In this document: positions 1 to 12,578 of the stretch, piece by piece
How the letters are laid out: each line of letters starts with the position of its first letter
Numbering within the stretch: position 1 is the first letter of the stretch
Notes under the pieces: generated by a model
Seen by the model: only the letters and a program-made list of their open reading frames with translations
Database searches by the model: none
What the model was told of the DNA's origin: nothing
NCBI RefSeq assembly: GCF_018350175.1
Contig: NC_058382.1
Span: 60,390,001 to 60,454,000, forward strand
Source: Felis catus
Lineage: Eukaryota
Direction: 5' to 3'
Length of the DNA stretch: 64,000 nucleotides
Program-made: the position numbers and the translations under genes

Positions 1-3000
1 CGGAGCATCAGAGGTGCTTGGCTGGAATTCGCGAAGGGAATGAGGGAGGGAGGGAATGAACGAACGAGTCAGTCGGTCAGTGAGCTGAGGGAGTGCCTGC
101 AGGAGGCAGGGAGTGAGCGGGAGGGTGGGTGAGGGCTCCCGGGGCGGGGACAGCCTGGAGTGTGAACTGCCCACAAAAAGGTCACAGGGGACCAACCGCA
201 GGCTCAATTTCAGCCCCCGCAGTTTCAGTTCAAACGGTATTTTGTTTTATGTGAATTTGTAGTCCAAGTTTGAAAATGGGCAGACTTCACCCTAACGCCT
301 GGATTTCTGGCTTTTCCAGAAACGGCCGAGAAGCCCGGGTTTCCCGGGGGCCACAGGCAGGGGGCCGGTGCCCACGCAGCCACGAACCCGCGTCGCCCGT
401 GGGCTCCAGCGTTATGGCCTCCACACTTCTCCTGAACCTCCTTATCCAGGCGGAGCGCCTGGCCCTGGAGACTCAGCACAACTACTCAGAAGCTCAGTCC
501 TGGCGGGGGGTGGGGGGAAGGGTAGTCAAACAGGGCTTGTGTGAGAGGGTGCGGCCGGGCTGAACCCAGCCAGCAGAAGGCCCGGGAGGCTTTGGACAAG
601 AGGCCACCTCCCCCCCCAGGTGGCCTTCATGAAGACAGGGCGGGGGGCAACACACACTGCCTGGGGAACTCCCCCTTCCCGCCCTGAGAACAGGGCCGTG
701 GCCGTGGCCGTGACAGGAGAGAAGGCTTCGCGGCTCGCATGACCCGTCGCCCCTGGGCAGAGCCCGCCCTGCCCCCTCCCTGCCTGTGTGTTCGGAGCGG
801 AGGTGGGGAGTGCTGGGGGGGAAGAGGCCTCGCCACGGCTGGAGCGGGCCGTGGGTGGCTGGGGGAGGCAAGCCGCCTCGGGGGGTCATGGAAACCCACC
901 CGGAGGCTGAGAGGCCGCGTGTCCCCGGGAGGATGGTGTTGCCCCCACACGCGAGCGCCCACTCTGCGTCAGGTGCTAGGAGGGAGGATGGGCCGGCATA
1001 GCGGGCAGCTGGCAGGGGACGGCCCGACGGAAGACGGCAGGGGCAGGGGCAAAGGCCCTGTGGCGGGTCAAAGGACCTGCGACGAGGCCCGTGGAGGGAG
1101 GGCACTCCCGGGACCTGGGGCTCACGAGAGCCAGGCTGTTGCAGCCAGAGGCTCACCCGACACCCAGCTCAGCCCCCGCGGAGCGGGGGTCACCTGCCCA
1201 CGGGAAAGGCGCCCTCGGGAATGCTGCTCAGATCGGAGCGGTCGGCCAGTCAGGGCCCAGGAGAGCGTGGCCAAGCCCTCTGACTATAGCTTCCTGGAGA
1301 CTGGCCGAGACCATGTGGCCAGAGGACAGCAAGGGGGCTGGCCCGGGACCCCAGGCAGCCTGGCAGGGAACACTAGCCGGAAGGTCAGGAAGGTCGCTGC
1401 CCCAAGCTGCTGACGAGGAAGGAAGTGCCCATCCCCCGCGTGGCTTCCAGCCCTGGGGCCTTGAAACAGTCACTTTCCCTCTCAGGGCCTCTGTTTCTCA
1501 TCTGAGCCACAGGGAGGATGACAGCACCACCTCTAGGCCTGAGAGGGCTGACAAGGCAGTTAGCCCCTCGGCACATCCCCCACCCCGGGCCCAGACAGGG
1601 CAGGTCCACCCACCCCAGCCCTTGGCCTTCAAGGCCCACCCACCACCAGAGAGCCCCGCCCCCTCCACAGACCTCAGCAGGACACGCCCCAGGCCAGGCC
1701 CCAGAGGCAGGGAGCAGGGAAGGGGTAGGAGTCCAGCAGGTATGGAACCAAATGACCCCCTCTCCCCCCCTTTCCCCCCCCCACCCCGGGCCACGTCCCC
1801 AGGGCCCTCCTGCAGTGACAATTCCAGCCGGTCAGGCCCCTCTGCGTGATACAGCCCCAGCCTACCACGCGGGAGCCCTGTGACCCCGAGCCCGTCCCCT
1901 ATACTCCTAGCCTCAGTTTCCTCATCTGTAAACCGGGATTGGGTGCTTGCTTCCTGCACGTGTGGCCCCTGAGCCCAGCATGCGACAGGCGCCTCCCTGG
2001 GGGGATGGCCCGGCCCGTCAGCCCACCAGCCACCCTTAGTGCCCGCCTCCTCCCGCAGGCCCGTCCTGACTCCGCAGAGCCCTGAGCGCCGAGGACCCCG
2101 CCCCCGCCCAGCTGCCCACCAGTGTTGCACTAATCTGTCCATCCTTGGGAAGTGAAGTTATAATCACTTTTAATTGAAAACGGAGGCTGATAGGATCCTG
2201 AACCTGACGGAGGAGTAATTAACACAGCCACGGGGTCTCCAAGGAAGCTCATTCATCTTGTCACTCAGGAGACAGCTCATTAAACCCTGCCGTCCCCACG
2301 TCCCCACCAAGGGGGGCAAGGGGACTCACATGGAGGCCTCGCTCAGCACAAGATAAACTCAGTTTCCAAAAGTCAGAAGGTTTCCTGGCCTTCCCTGGGG
2401 GTCTCGGGGCACAGAGCGGGAGCCCTATAGCTGTCTGCCAACTCACTTCTCAGCTTCCTTACCTGGGAAATGGGTCTAAAGCTGCTTCCCCAGGCCGCCC
2501 GGAGTCAGGGAAGACTGGCCCCGGGCACATCATCCCAAGGTCTGGAGTAGCAGGAGCCCAACCCGGGCCCAGCCATCGTTCCAGGGTCCGTGGCTGGCTC
2601 TGCCCTCCCTGTTGCCAGGACCTGACCTCTGCGCCGACACGTGCCACGGTCAGGGTCACAGGTTGACAGCTTGCAAGTTTCCTGAAGCATGCCCTGGGCC
2701 GCAGCGTCAGGGGGTCTAGGTGAGCCCCAGATTCTGCCTCCAGGCACTGGCCCCCCCGCCCAGCCTTGGCGGCAAAGATCTGGAGACCTCCCTCCCTGAG
2801 GGTGTGGAGGGCGGCTGAAAGAGCCCCTGCGGACAGGGCCACCGCTGTCCTGACAGAGTGTACTCAGGGCTTCGTGCTGGGCGGAGAAAGTAATGACAAC
2901 TGATTTTGATCGCGAACGGTCACGTGTTAATGGGACGTCTGCGGGGAGGGATGATGAGAGTCCTTCCCCAGAAATCAGAGCCATGGGAAGCCTTGAAGCC

Positions 3001-4169
3001 TCAGGGGCTTTCCCAGTGGGACCCTGAGCCCAGGGGACCGAGGCCGGCCGATGCCGTGATGGGGGTCTTGAGAAGGACAGAGGGCCAGGTCTCTGAGAGG
3101 GGCTGTCCGCTCCAGCAGGGCCCAAGGAGACCTCAGGTCTGCAAGCATATTGGGGGCAGGGTCCACCCTGGGGACTGGGGGCGCCAGGACGAGGCCGGCC
3201 ACCTACACCTGCCAGGTCCCTCCCCACGTCACTCTCGCCGCCCGCTATTCCCCGCCTGGCCGGCAGGGATGACGCTTATCAAGCTGGGTGGCCCCAGTCC
3301 TTCTCCAGACCAGCTGCTCCGGACCGGCACTCAGAGCAGTGTCTCTTCCCTTCTCTGGAGGGCCAGGGGTGGAGACCCCAGCTCCAAGCTCCCTGCTCCT
3401 GCCCACAGCTGCCTCAAGCATCGCTGGAGTGCTGCCCTTGCCCGGAGCTCGAAGCCCTTGGCTCTCGGAGCCCAGGCTCTGCTGCTGTGTGGCCTTGAGT
3501 AAGCCAGCACCCTCTCTGAGCTGCAGCTCCCATTTGTGAAGTGAGCGCACTAAACTAGGTGCCCCCAAACATCCTTGTTCTAGAATTCCGAGACCAAGTT
3601 GCTCACCAGGCCAATCTGAAGACGCCTTGCCCGCTTTAGTTTTAAAAGTGGGTTCCCTGGATCCCTGGAGTTCTGATGCTGGCCATTAGCATGTCCAAAA
3701 CCCACCGCCCTCGACGTCCTGCCCAGCCCGCCCCGGCCAAGCTGCCTCTCTGCTTTGGGACAGTGGGCACTTGCTTCATTCACCCCCAACTTGGCTGGGA
3801 GTTTCCTGGGGCCGCTGAGTCCCACTGTGACCCCTGCATGTCAGACCCTGACAGGGAGGGCCCCAAAAGGTCCCTAGTCCCTCTAGCCAGGGAACTGCCC
3901 GAGGAATAGGTCAGGGGGCAGCCAGTGTGTGCCGGGGCTGAGCTTGGCACAGCGTTCACGTTTAGAGTGTAGGACACGCTCCCGACACTGAGTGCTGGCC
4001 TTGCCACCAGGCATTCCTGCACTCAGGTGCCAAGGCAGAGATGGAGAGGCCCCGGATGCCACCCCCCCCCAGCGCGGCCCCTCCTGCCTGCCAGCTCCTC
4101 CCAGAGAAACAGGGTCCAGGGTCTAAGAGCCTGCGGCCCCTCCACAGCCTTGGTGAGGGCATACGGGTA

Positions 4170-4362
4170 CGTGTGTGTGCATGGGTTCGTGTGTGCATGT
4201 TTGCATAAACCTGTAAGTGTGTACATGCTCGTAAGTGTGCACACGTGTGGGCGTTTGTGCGTGTTTGCATAAGCCTGTATGTGTGTACATGCTTGTGAGT
4301 GTGCACAGGTGTGGGCGTGTGTGCATGTTTACGGGTGTGCACGCATGTGGGCGCGTGTGTGC
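4170..4362. repeat. Degenerate TG/CA-rich low-complexity repeat with a ~64-bp internal duplication
   Basis: Alternating purine-pyrimidine tract (gtgtgtgtgcatg...). The block gtttgcataa.cctgta.gtgtgtacatgct.gt.agtgtgcaca.gtgtgggcgt occurs at ~4199 and again at ~4263. Confidence 0.8.
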
Positions 4363-5734
4363 AGAGAGGGGTATCTGGCCCATCTCACAGAGGGACGACC
4401 CGAGGACTGCAGAGCTTGCCCGAGGCACCCAGGGAGGTTAGCAGCAGGGCTGGGCACAGCCAGGTCCTCTCCAGCCTGTGCTGGACCCTGGGCAGGAAGG
4501 AGTGGAGAGTGGGGCCTGAGCCAGCGTGGCCGGGCAGGGCAGCTGGGCCCTCCCGCGTGCTGCCTGCAGCGGAGGTGGGGGCAGTGCCGCAGTAACCCCA
4601 GAGGGCCCGAGAGTGACCTCGGACGGTGGCCGTGCTAGCTCGGTGGTCGGGGAGGACTTCCTGGAGGAGTCGGCATTGGAGCTAGACCCCGGGGAGGAGA
4701 GAAGGGAAGGGAATGGCCACGCGGGCACCGAGGCAGGGGCTCCCCGACGTGCAGCGATGCGGAGGCTGGCAAAGGGCAAGTAGGTGCCAGGGCGGGTGGG
4801 GGGTGAGGGCAGAGGGCAGCGGGGCAGGAAGATCCAGGCGGTGCAGTGTCCCCTGAACCCAGAGCTGGGAGCATGAGGGCACAGGATCCTCTGCAGCCCC
4901 TGGCCACGCTGAGTTTCCCGCCTGGGTCCCCAGCATGTTGGGGTCCTCCAAAGGACTTCGCGGCTCCCTTGCTTTCAATTCCCCGACCTCCCTTTGTGGC
5001 ACTTCCCCGCTCAGCCTGTGTGGGATGGTGTGGCCACTGCCCTCCTGCAGGGGAGGGCTCCGAGGTCCCTAGAGAGCCAGGCTTGTGCCGCCCCGGGCTG
5101 CTGGGGCCCAGGGTTCCGGAGGGCACCGATCAGTGCACACACTGGGAACAGCCCCCGGCAGGGGTGGTGACCGGGCCAGGACTCCCGCCTTGGATTTCTG
5201 CTGGCTTTCCTAACGCCAGGCGGTTAGCTGGGCCGGCAAGTGTGTTCCAGACCGCACGGACCATCGGGATGTGCCAGACCAGGCCGCTCAGGCTCCGGGA
5301 GCGTCCCCTGGGGCAGGGCTGGACACGACAGCTGGCTACGTCTCCTCCCGTCTGGCCGGCACAACCCTGTGACGCGTCGGTCGGACCCTGCCAGCCCCCG
5401 CTTGGGACCCCCAGCGCCCACGTCGCTGGGGATCAGGTCTGCTGCCCTGGCCGGAGGCGGGTGTGTGCTGTCTCCTCCAGGCGGCTGGGGGTGGGTGGGG
5501 GAGGGCGGCTCGGTCTGGCCTGCGGCCGCTGACCCCTGCAGTCTGGGAAGTGGAGAGCTGCCTCCAGGAGTGTTTCCACACCTCAGCGAGGGTCTGTGCG
5601 GAACAAAGGGACGGGGGAGAGACGGGCCTGTCCTTAAGCAGGAGTCCCCACCAGCCCCCTCCCTGTCATTTTCGAAGACATCATCTTCTCCCCACGAGCT
5701 CCTCTTATCTCCTTCCTGTTAAAGGATCTCAAAT

Positions 5735-5960
5735 ATGCACCCGATAAGGGCAGACAAACAGCTTCCCGGCCCCTCGCAACGCCTGCCTCCACTTTCCCCA
5801 AAGTAATTAAGATAAATGCAGCTGATAATTGGCGCAGTATTCTTAAACGTACCCTCGGGCCATATCGCAGATATAATTCCACCTGCACGGGTTTATCTGA
5901 GCGCTCGGGTAACAGATAGTTTTTTAAGCGAAGCGGCGGCGTTTGAAGGAAAAGGGAAAG
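5735..5960. promoter_or_regulatory. Candidate enhancer: AT-richer island with GATA, homeodomain and E-box motifs
   Basis: CGATAAG (~5743), TAATTA-AGATAA (~5804-5815), CAGCTGATAA (~5819), TTATCT (~5893) and AGATAG (~5914) within ~200 bp, in an otherwise very GC-rich background. Confidence 0.5.
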
Positions 5961-8900
5961 AGAGCATTTGTAGAAGGAATGTCACAAGGAGCCACACTGC
6001 GGCGCCCAGAGCCCGGGTGGTGACCGGAAGCCCCTGTATGGCTTGTGGCGGCTCTACTGAGCTGCCCCCAGGCCTCGGGGCGCGCCTGGCTGCTGGGCAG
6101 GCGGGGAAGGGGGCTGGGATGGGCGTGGGGGGCGCCGTGGCCGTGGAGGACGCTGGGGCGCTAGCGTCTGGCCAGAAGGGGCCTCTGCGCGGGGGCTGGT
6201 GGGCGCAGGCAGGACTGTGCTCCTCTCCCTTTGCCCGGCCGCGCTCCTGGGGGAGGACCTGGGGCCGCAAGCCCCGCCCAGCAGAGCTGGCACCTGCTCC
6301 TCTGGCCCCGCCCAGCAACCCCCGGCCCCGCCCAGCACGCCCCAGGGGGACAGGCCAGAGGAGGGGGCCAGGCCACAGGCCAGGAGTGCTGCGCCCCCGG
6401 GGAGGCAGGGCCGGGCAGCCAGGCGCAGAGCAGGGAACCCGCAGTCAGAGGGGCCTCCCAGCCTGGAGCCCCGATCCCCAGGCCTGGCCACGCTTGGCCG
6501 TGGGTGTCGCCGCCCTCTCGAGACCCGGCTCCCCGCCGCTTGCCCTTGTCACTATTGCCGCACGTGTCACCCCCGCGCCTGCCCCCCTCACCCGCTCCCC
6601 TCTTGTGCCTCAGTTTCCCCTCTGTAAGGGGAGGAGACCGCCTGGTAGGGCGGCCGGGGAGACCACGTGAGGGAAGGAGCGGGGCCAGCGTCTCATGCGC
6701 CCGGGGCTCCGTGGGGAGGACAGGAGCCGGAAGGAAAGCTGGCAGCCCCTGAAACCGTGGCTGCCCCCTCGCGGGGCGCGGCGCGTGCTGCCTGAGCTGC
6801 CACCCGCGTTGGTTCTGGAACGTTCAGCGTGGGGGCCGGGCTTGGGGCCCACCCTACGGCACGGTCCCACCCTCCCCCTCATCACTCCCCAACCCCCACC
6901 CCCACCCCCATGCCACCGCGCTGCCCCTGACAGCCAGGACGAGGGGACAAAAGGACAGATGCATCTCTCCCGTGTCTCTTCAGGTGTCTCCAGTCTTTCT
7001 CCGAGAAGCTGAATCCACTGACGTCTGGGCCACAGGGCGAGGGGCGGGGCCTCGCTGCCGGCTCAGGACCCCGGGTGTGGTGTCACCAGTCACGGAAGAT
7101 GGAGGGGGGTGGGCGTGTACAGCTGGCGAAACAGGCCAGGAGGCCCAGGGTCACGCGTGGAGGTCGGGGGCACAGTCCCTCCCGCATGCATCCCGCGAGC
7201 AGAGGGGCCAGTGTGGAAGCACACGTCCCGCCCTGACAGCTGAGGGGGTCATCAGTAACTGCCATATCTCACGGGGGAGATACACGCCACCAGGAGGGCT
7301 TCTGGGAAGAGGTGGACAGGAGGACCCGGGAAGAGCAAACACCCAGCGGGTGCTTGCCGTGTGCTGGTCTGCTCGAAAGGTCTGGGCGCCCTGCTCCCTT
7401 CGCTCCTCCACAACGACCCCTGGAGGTCAGGACTCTGACGGTCCCTAAATTACAGGCTCGGGCGGACCCCATCCTGCGTTGTCTCCCTGAAAGTGGGTGG
7501 GAATCAGGAAGAAGGGAGAGAAGTAGGGGGCCTCCCAGGCGGGGATTCTCAGCATCAGAGAGGCCACAGCGAAACAGGGCAGGTTGAAAGGGGAGGGGAA
7601 GGAGGAGGAGCAGAGGCCAGACGCCGTGCAGGGGTCGAGGGGTCATGGGGGGCACCGGGAGGGTAGGGGTCCAGGCCTGTGGCGGGACCACCTCTCACCG
7701 GGAGCTGCTGTCCCACACCCCGGCCAGAGCCAGCCAGCACGACCACAGTCTTGAGTTACCCGGGGCGAGAACGGCCAGGTAGTGTTTCTGAGGGGAAGGG
7801 AGTTACCCACACTCCTGGGGCTTCCCTGGGGTGGCCTGGGATCCGAGGGATTGCATCTCCCGACTTCAAAGGGGCCCCAGGCCCTCTGAAACCCACACCG
7901 ATGCGCACTGGGGGCTTTGCCAAGAGCCTGAGCAGGGCTGGGAACCCGAGACCCTGGGCACACGCTGCCCCGCCCCTGCCCCCACCCCACAGTCTAAGCC
8001 CCGGAGACGGGTCCTCCAGCCCCTGGAGGTGCAGTGGGCATAGAGCGTCCTGGGGTCCTGCAGACAGCCACCGTCCCGGGGCCAAGCAAACAGGGTGATG
8101 GGGCGGCTGAGCTCTGCCCACAGGCTCTGCATCCCCAGGGGTGTGAAGGGGTGGCTGGGCCACGGGGCAGAGCCACTGTGTCCAGCTCGGGAGCACGATC
8201 TCAAGCAGGCCTGCTTCTCAACCCCATGCCTCACTGCATGACGGACAGGTCCCACCACCTTCTGAGCCTCAGTTTCCCCATCTGTAGTTACCTGTTGACT
8301 TTCCTGCTGAACTCCGCGAGGCGGAGCCATGAATCAGCTCATGGTGATTCACGTAGGCGTAGCGGGAAGGCATAGCGGGAGCTCCGGGTGGAGTCAGCGG
8401 GCCTCAGCCTGCCCGCCCCTGGGGAAGGGCGCACCCCTGCGTGGGCGCAGGGCTCCGATCAAAGCCTGGGATCTTGGGAGGAATTCAAGACTCGCAGGCG
8501 GGGAGATGAGTTGTCCGCTACTGTGTGAAAAATGGCAGCTGAAAGGAAAAAAGTCTGTCACCTGTCACAGCGTCCGGGGACCTGTCACAGCCTCTGGGGG
8601 TCAGGCATGTGGGCGCATCTCAGCCGGGCGGCCTGGCTTGGGGCCTCCCCGGCTGGTGGCCCCGAAGGTCAGCAGGGGCTGCCGGCTCATCTGGAGGCCC
8701 GACCGGGGCTGGAGGAACCACCTCCAGGGTGGTTGTTCCCACAGCCGCAGACGGGAGGCCTCGGTGCCTCGCTCGTGGGCCTGCCCACAGGGCTCCTGAG
8801 TTCCTGCAACATGGTGGCCAGTGGCCCCCAAGTGGGTGACTGACAGAGCAGGCAGAAGCCACAGTGCCTCGTATGACCTATTTCTAAAGCCAAACACCCT

Positions 8901-9803
8901 CCCAACCCCCATATCCTGCCCATTAGGGAGCCACCAAGTCCAGCCCGTGTAGACGGGGAGCGAATTGGGCTCCACCGCTTGGAGGGAGGGAACTCAAAGC
9001 ATCTGTGGCCAAATTCTGTAACCACCATGGGGACTGGCTTGACAGTCCCTCTCCAAATCACAAATGCACTTGCCCTTTGCCCCCCCCCATCTCTTCTTAG
9101 TACCCTGCGGGCCTCACCTGCAAGTGTCCGTGTCACCCTGCTATTTGTAGAGGCCGTCCGTCCATCCTGCGGAATGTTCCGTAGCCGAGTGTGGTGGAGA
9201 GATGAGCCGGCAGACAGACAGACAGGAATCTCTTTGTGGAGTCCTGGGGATGGTCTCCAGGAGACGCTGTGAAATGCCAGAAGGCAGGCAGGGAACCGTG
9301 AGGGTGGCCGACAATCTCGTGGTGAAGGACGGAGGGAGATGTGGACGCTTACCCATAGTTGCTGGTATTTACATCAAGAAACTCTGGAAAGAAACACCGG
9401 AATCTGCCCCGAGTGCTGCCCCAGCAGGACCGGGACGGAGGGTCCGTGGGCCCGGGGTAGGGCACGAGGCTTCTCACGTTGCCTGGGGTTTGGGAGCCAC
9501 ACGAACACGTCAGCTATGCACACATTTCCTAACGGAAAGAAATATAAAATAATCGTCCCACCTGTAGGGAAAGCAGTCGACTCCCCGCGCCCCCCCCCCC
9601 AGCGCTGCAGGGACCCCCGGGCCGGGCCGACCGGCCCCCTCAAGCTCAGCCCATCTCCCTGCGGGCCCCGGGGCAGCTTCCTGACGCCCTGCGGCACCGG
9701 GGGGCCCCTACCTGGAGCGGCTCCCTGCAGCCGGCTCCTCCGGGGGCTCTCGGCCCCAGCCAAGTGCCGCACGGATTCTGACCCTCTTTCCCTTCTCTCG
9801 CAG

Positions 9804-9870
9804 CCAAGAAATCCTCATTCCTCAGGAAATTGACCTGTGCGGCGACCCAGCTGAGGGCCCCACTCCCCAG
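9804..9870 (+). other. ZNF469: Probable 5' non-coding exon of ZNF469 (67 nt)
   Basis: Branch-point-like CTGAC (9778-9782), long pyrimidine tract ending CAG (9801-9803), and donor CAG|GTATGT at 9870/9871. No ATG inside. It lies ~2.6 kb upstream of the large exon, consistent with my recollection of a short non-coding exon in human ZNF469. Confidence 0.65.
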
Positions 9871-12467
9871 GTATGTAGCTGAGGACAGCTGGAGGCTGTC
9901 CCAGAGGCGGCCGGAGATGCCCTGTCTCCGGCCCCGGCCCACCCCCCACACCCCGCGTCTCCAGCCCCCCGCGCTGCGGTCACTGGGGCGGCCAGCTGCC
10001 TCCCCGGGACACTTGCTCCTGGAGCCTGCTGTCAGGGGCTGGCCCACGGCCTCGAACCGCAGCCCCGGGCCCGGGAGGGGTGCAGACAGCAGGGTGTCAC
10101 TGACATCCTCCACGGCACCCGGCACGCCAGAGCCCTCCTTCTGTGATCTCCTCACGGCGTCTCCCTCGAGCCAGTGATGGGGCAGTCACGGCGTTGAGCA
10201 GGAAAATGCACCGGTGTCGGTATTATTCCCGGGTCACAGGTCGAGAGCCCAAGGCCGGACGACATGTCACCATGGGGCAGGGGGTCTAGGCCAGGGCCAC
10301 TGGACCCAACCCCCACTGCCCGCTCACCCCACCCACTGGGTACAGCTTGGAGCCCGGATCTGTGGGGCCTTCGTGGCGTCTGACGCCGCTCCGGCCTGAC
10401 CTGCCACCTGCCGGAAAGTTCTGGAAGCCATGGAGAGGTCGGGGGCCCTTGCCCATCTATGCCCCGCCTGGGTCTGGGTGGGCCTGGGCCCTGCCTCCTT
10501 AGGCTGCCTGCGAAGTTCAGGAGGGGGGGTCCCACAGGCCAGAGCCCTCTTCGCTCTTAGTGGGGTCAGACAACAGCCCCCAATGGGTTCAGTGCCGCCC
10601 GACTCACACCGAATCGCCACACTGGAAATGGCAGACAGGCTCTGGTTATCGGGCGTCCCTGTAGGCGATGGCAAGGGGCCACCTGAAGGGGTGCGCTGGC
10701 CCGGGGCAGTGTGCACGGGGAGGCAGGGCCACCCTCGCTGGAGCTCCTGGCCACAGCCCTGCCATCTCCTCACTCGCAGGCCCCTCTTCACGGCCCGCAG
10801 GGGCCACGCTGTCCTCTGGGACCTGACCCAGCTCTCCCAGTCTGTTCCTGGGACACAGAAGCCCTTCCGAGGGTCCCCAGGCTGCGCTGCACCTGCCTGT
10901 GCCCACAGTCCCTCTCCCAGGTGCCCTCTCCATCCTGGTGCCCCGAGGCTGGCCATCTAGGCCACCGGAGCCAATGCCACCCCTCTGGAAGGCTTCCTTT
11001 GAGGCCACAAGATGGCCAAGGAGCCGGCCACAGCTCGTGACCTCAGCCCTCACAGAGACAGGACAGAGTCACTGCTGCTCACGTCTAGCGACCACGTCGA
11101 GCCATGCGGCCAAGCCTGCTGGCAGAGGGACGGGCTGGGACAGTCAGGGACAGTCCCTCCATGGGGATGGTGGAATCTTGAGTAATAATTCCACCTACCT
11201 CCCCAGAGGCCCCGACAGGGAGCCCTCAGAGCAGACCTGGGGGATGCTGACGTCCAGACTCACAAGTGTGCCCGGAGGCTGTGGCACCCCCGAGGGCAGG
11301 TGGGGCTGTGGGGGCCAGCGGCTTCCACTCCCCCTTAAAAACCCACACAGGATCCCCAGGTAACACTGCCCCCAGGTACTGCTGCAAGCCTGGAGGGGCC
11401 AACCGAGCCCAGTTCTCATCTGGCTTCAGGCAGTGCCCGGGGGGGAGCAGCGCAGAAGCCCATGCACGGGGCGGGGGTCGGGCAGGGGAGGTGGGGGACA
11501 CTGAGGCCAGGGAAGTGCAGGTGCCGGGGAGAGCCCCCCGTGTGCCAACTCATGTAGACCCTGGAGCCTGTGGGTGGACCGGTGAGGGAGGCACCGGTAA
11601 CCATCCCTGCAAGGTCAAGGATGTGGAGGCCGACCTTTCCCCAGCCGGGAGTGCCTCTGTGTGCGAGGCCTGGGCCGGGCTGAGTGTCCAGCTCCCTGCC
11701 CCCGGGGCCCAGGATCCGCAGAATCAGACCGGCAGGCCACACCGACAGCACACATTCCTCCAGGGGCCTGTTCTGCAGCGTGTGAGCAGCGACCCATGTC
11801 GTCTCTGCAGCAGCACCAGCAGGCAGGTGCAGGGAGGCTGAGGGGCTTGCCCAGGTCACGCAGCCGGCCAGCGGGCTGCCCAGCGGGGGATGGGGTGTGG
11901 GCGCGGCCCTCTACGTGTCGCGTGGGAGCCACGCCCACCCGGGAGACCAGGCAGGCACAGCACCCCCTCCTTGGTGGGGTAGTCCCGGGGAGGAGCACCA
12001 GCGGAGCCTGGACGCGGGCCCCTCCCTCGGGACACAGACCAGCGAGTCCCCAGAGCACGAGGCTTGAGGCTGTCCTGGGCCAGCAGGGCCTCACCTCCTG
12101 TCTCCTGCCGCTCTGCTCCTGCTGCGAGGCCCCTCCCCGGGCAGGCGAGGGTGACCCCCGCCCCCCGCTCCTCCCTGGGCTCTCCCCTGGCCCCAGCTGG
12201 GTTCATCTCAGGCCTCTGGGTGCTCATCACCCCCGCTGCGGCCAGGGTCTTCTCGGACCCTCTCCCCCACAAAGGGGACCCTCTCTCAGTCCGGCAGGGA
12301 CACGCTCCCTCACCTGTGAAGGGGCCGTTGGAGTGGAGCCCCCCCCACCGAGGGCAGGGGTTTCTGTACAGCTGCCGGGCCCCCCCCCTTGGCTGCCACA
12401 GCCCCCGTGGAGCCCCCAAGCCCCCCCCCCTCACCCTGCGCTGTCTTTGCAGGGCCCGTTCAGGACC

Positions 12468-12578
12468 ATGAGAGCAGTCTTCTCCAGGGCCCCCCTCGGA
12501 CCGCCACGTCCTCCCAGTGCCCAGACGGAGGGGCCATGCCGGGGGAGCAGCCCCGCAGAGCACCGCCCGCAGCCATGA
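12468..12578 (+). other. Overlapping upstream ORF (36 aa, MRAVFSRAP...HRPQP*) in the ZNF469 5' leader
   Basis: ACCATGA at 12465-12471, out of frame with the main ATG at 12536. Its TGA (12576-12578) overlaps the in-frame ATG at 12575-12577. Whether it is in the mRNA depends on which splice acceptor is used. Confidence 0.45.

Noticed and set aside
3962..4441. His/Thr- and Cys/Val-rich ORFs
   Set aside because: Translation of the TG/CA low-complexity repeat.
12389..12535. Track-predicted N-terminal extension of ZNF469 from a TTG start
   Set aside because: Bacterial-style start call. Homology begins at ATG 12536 and the segment spans candidate splice acceptors.
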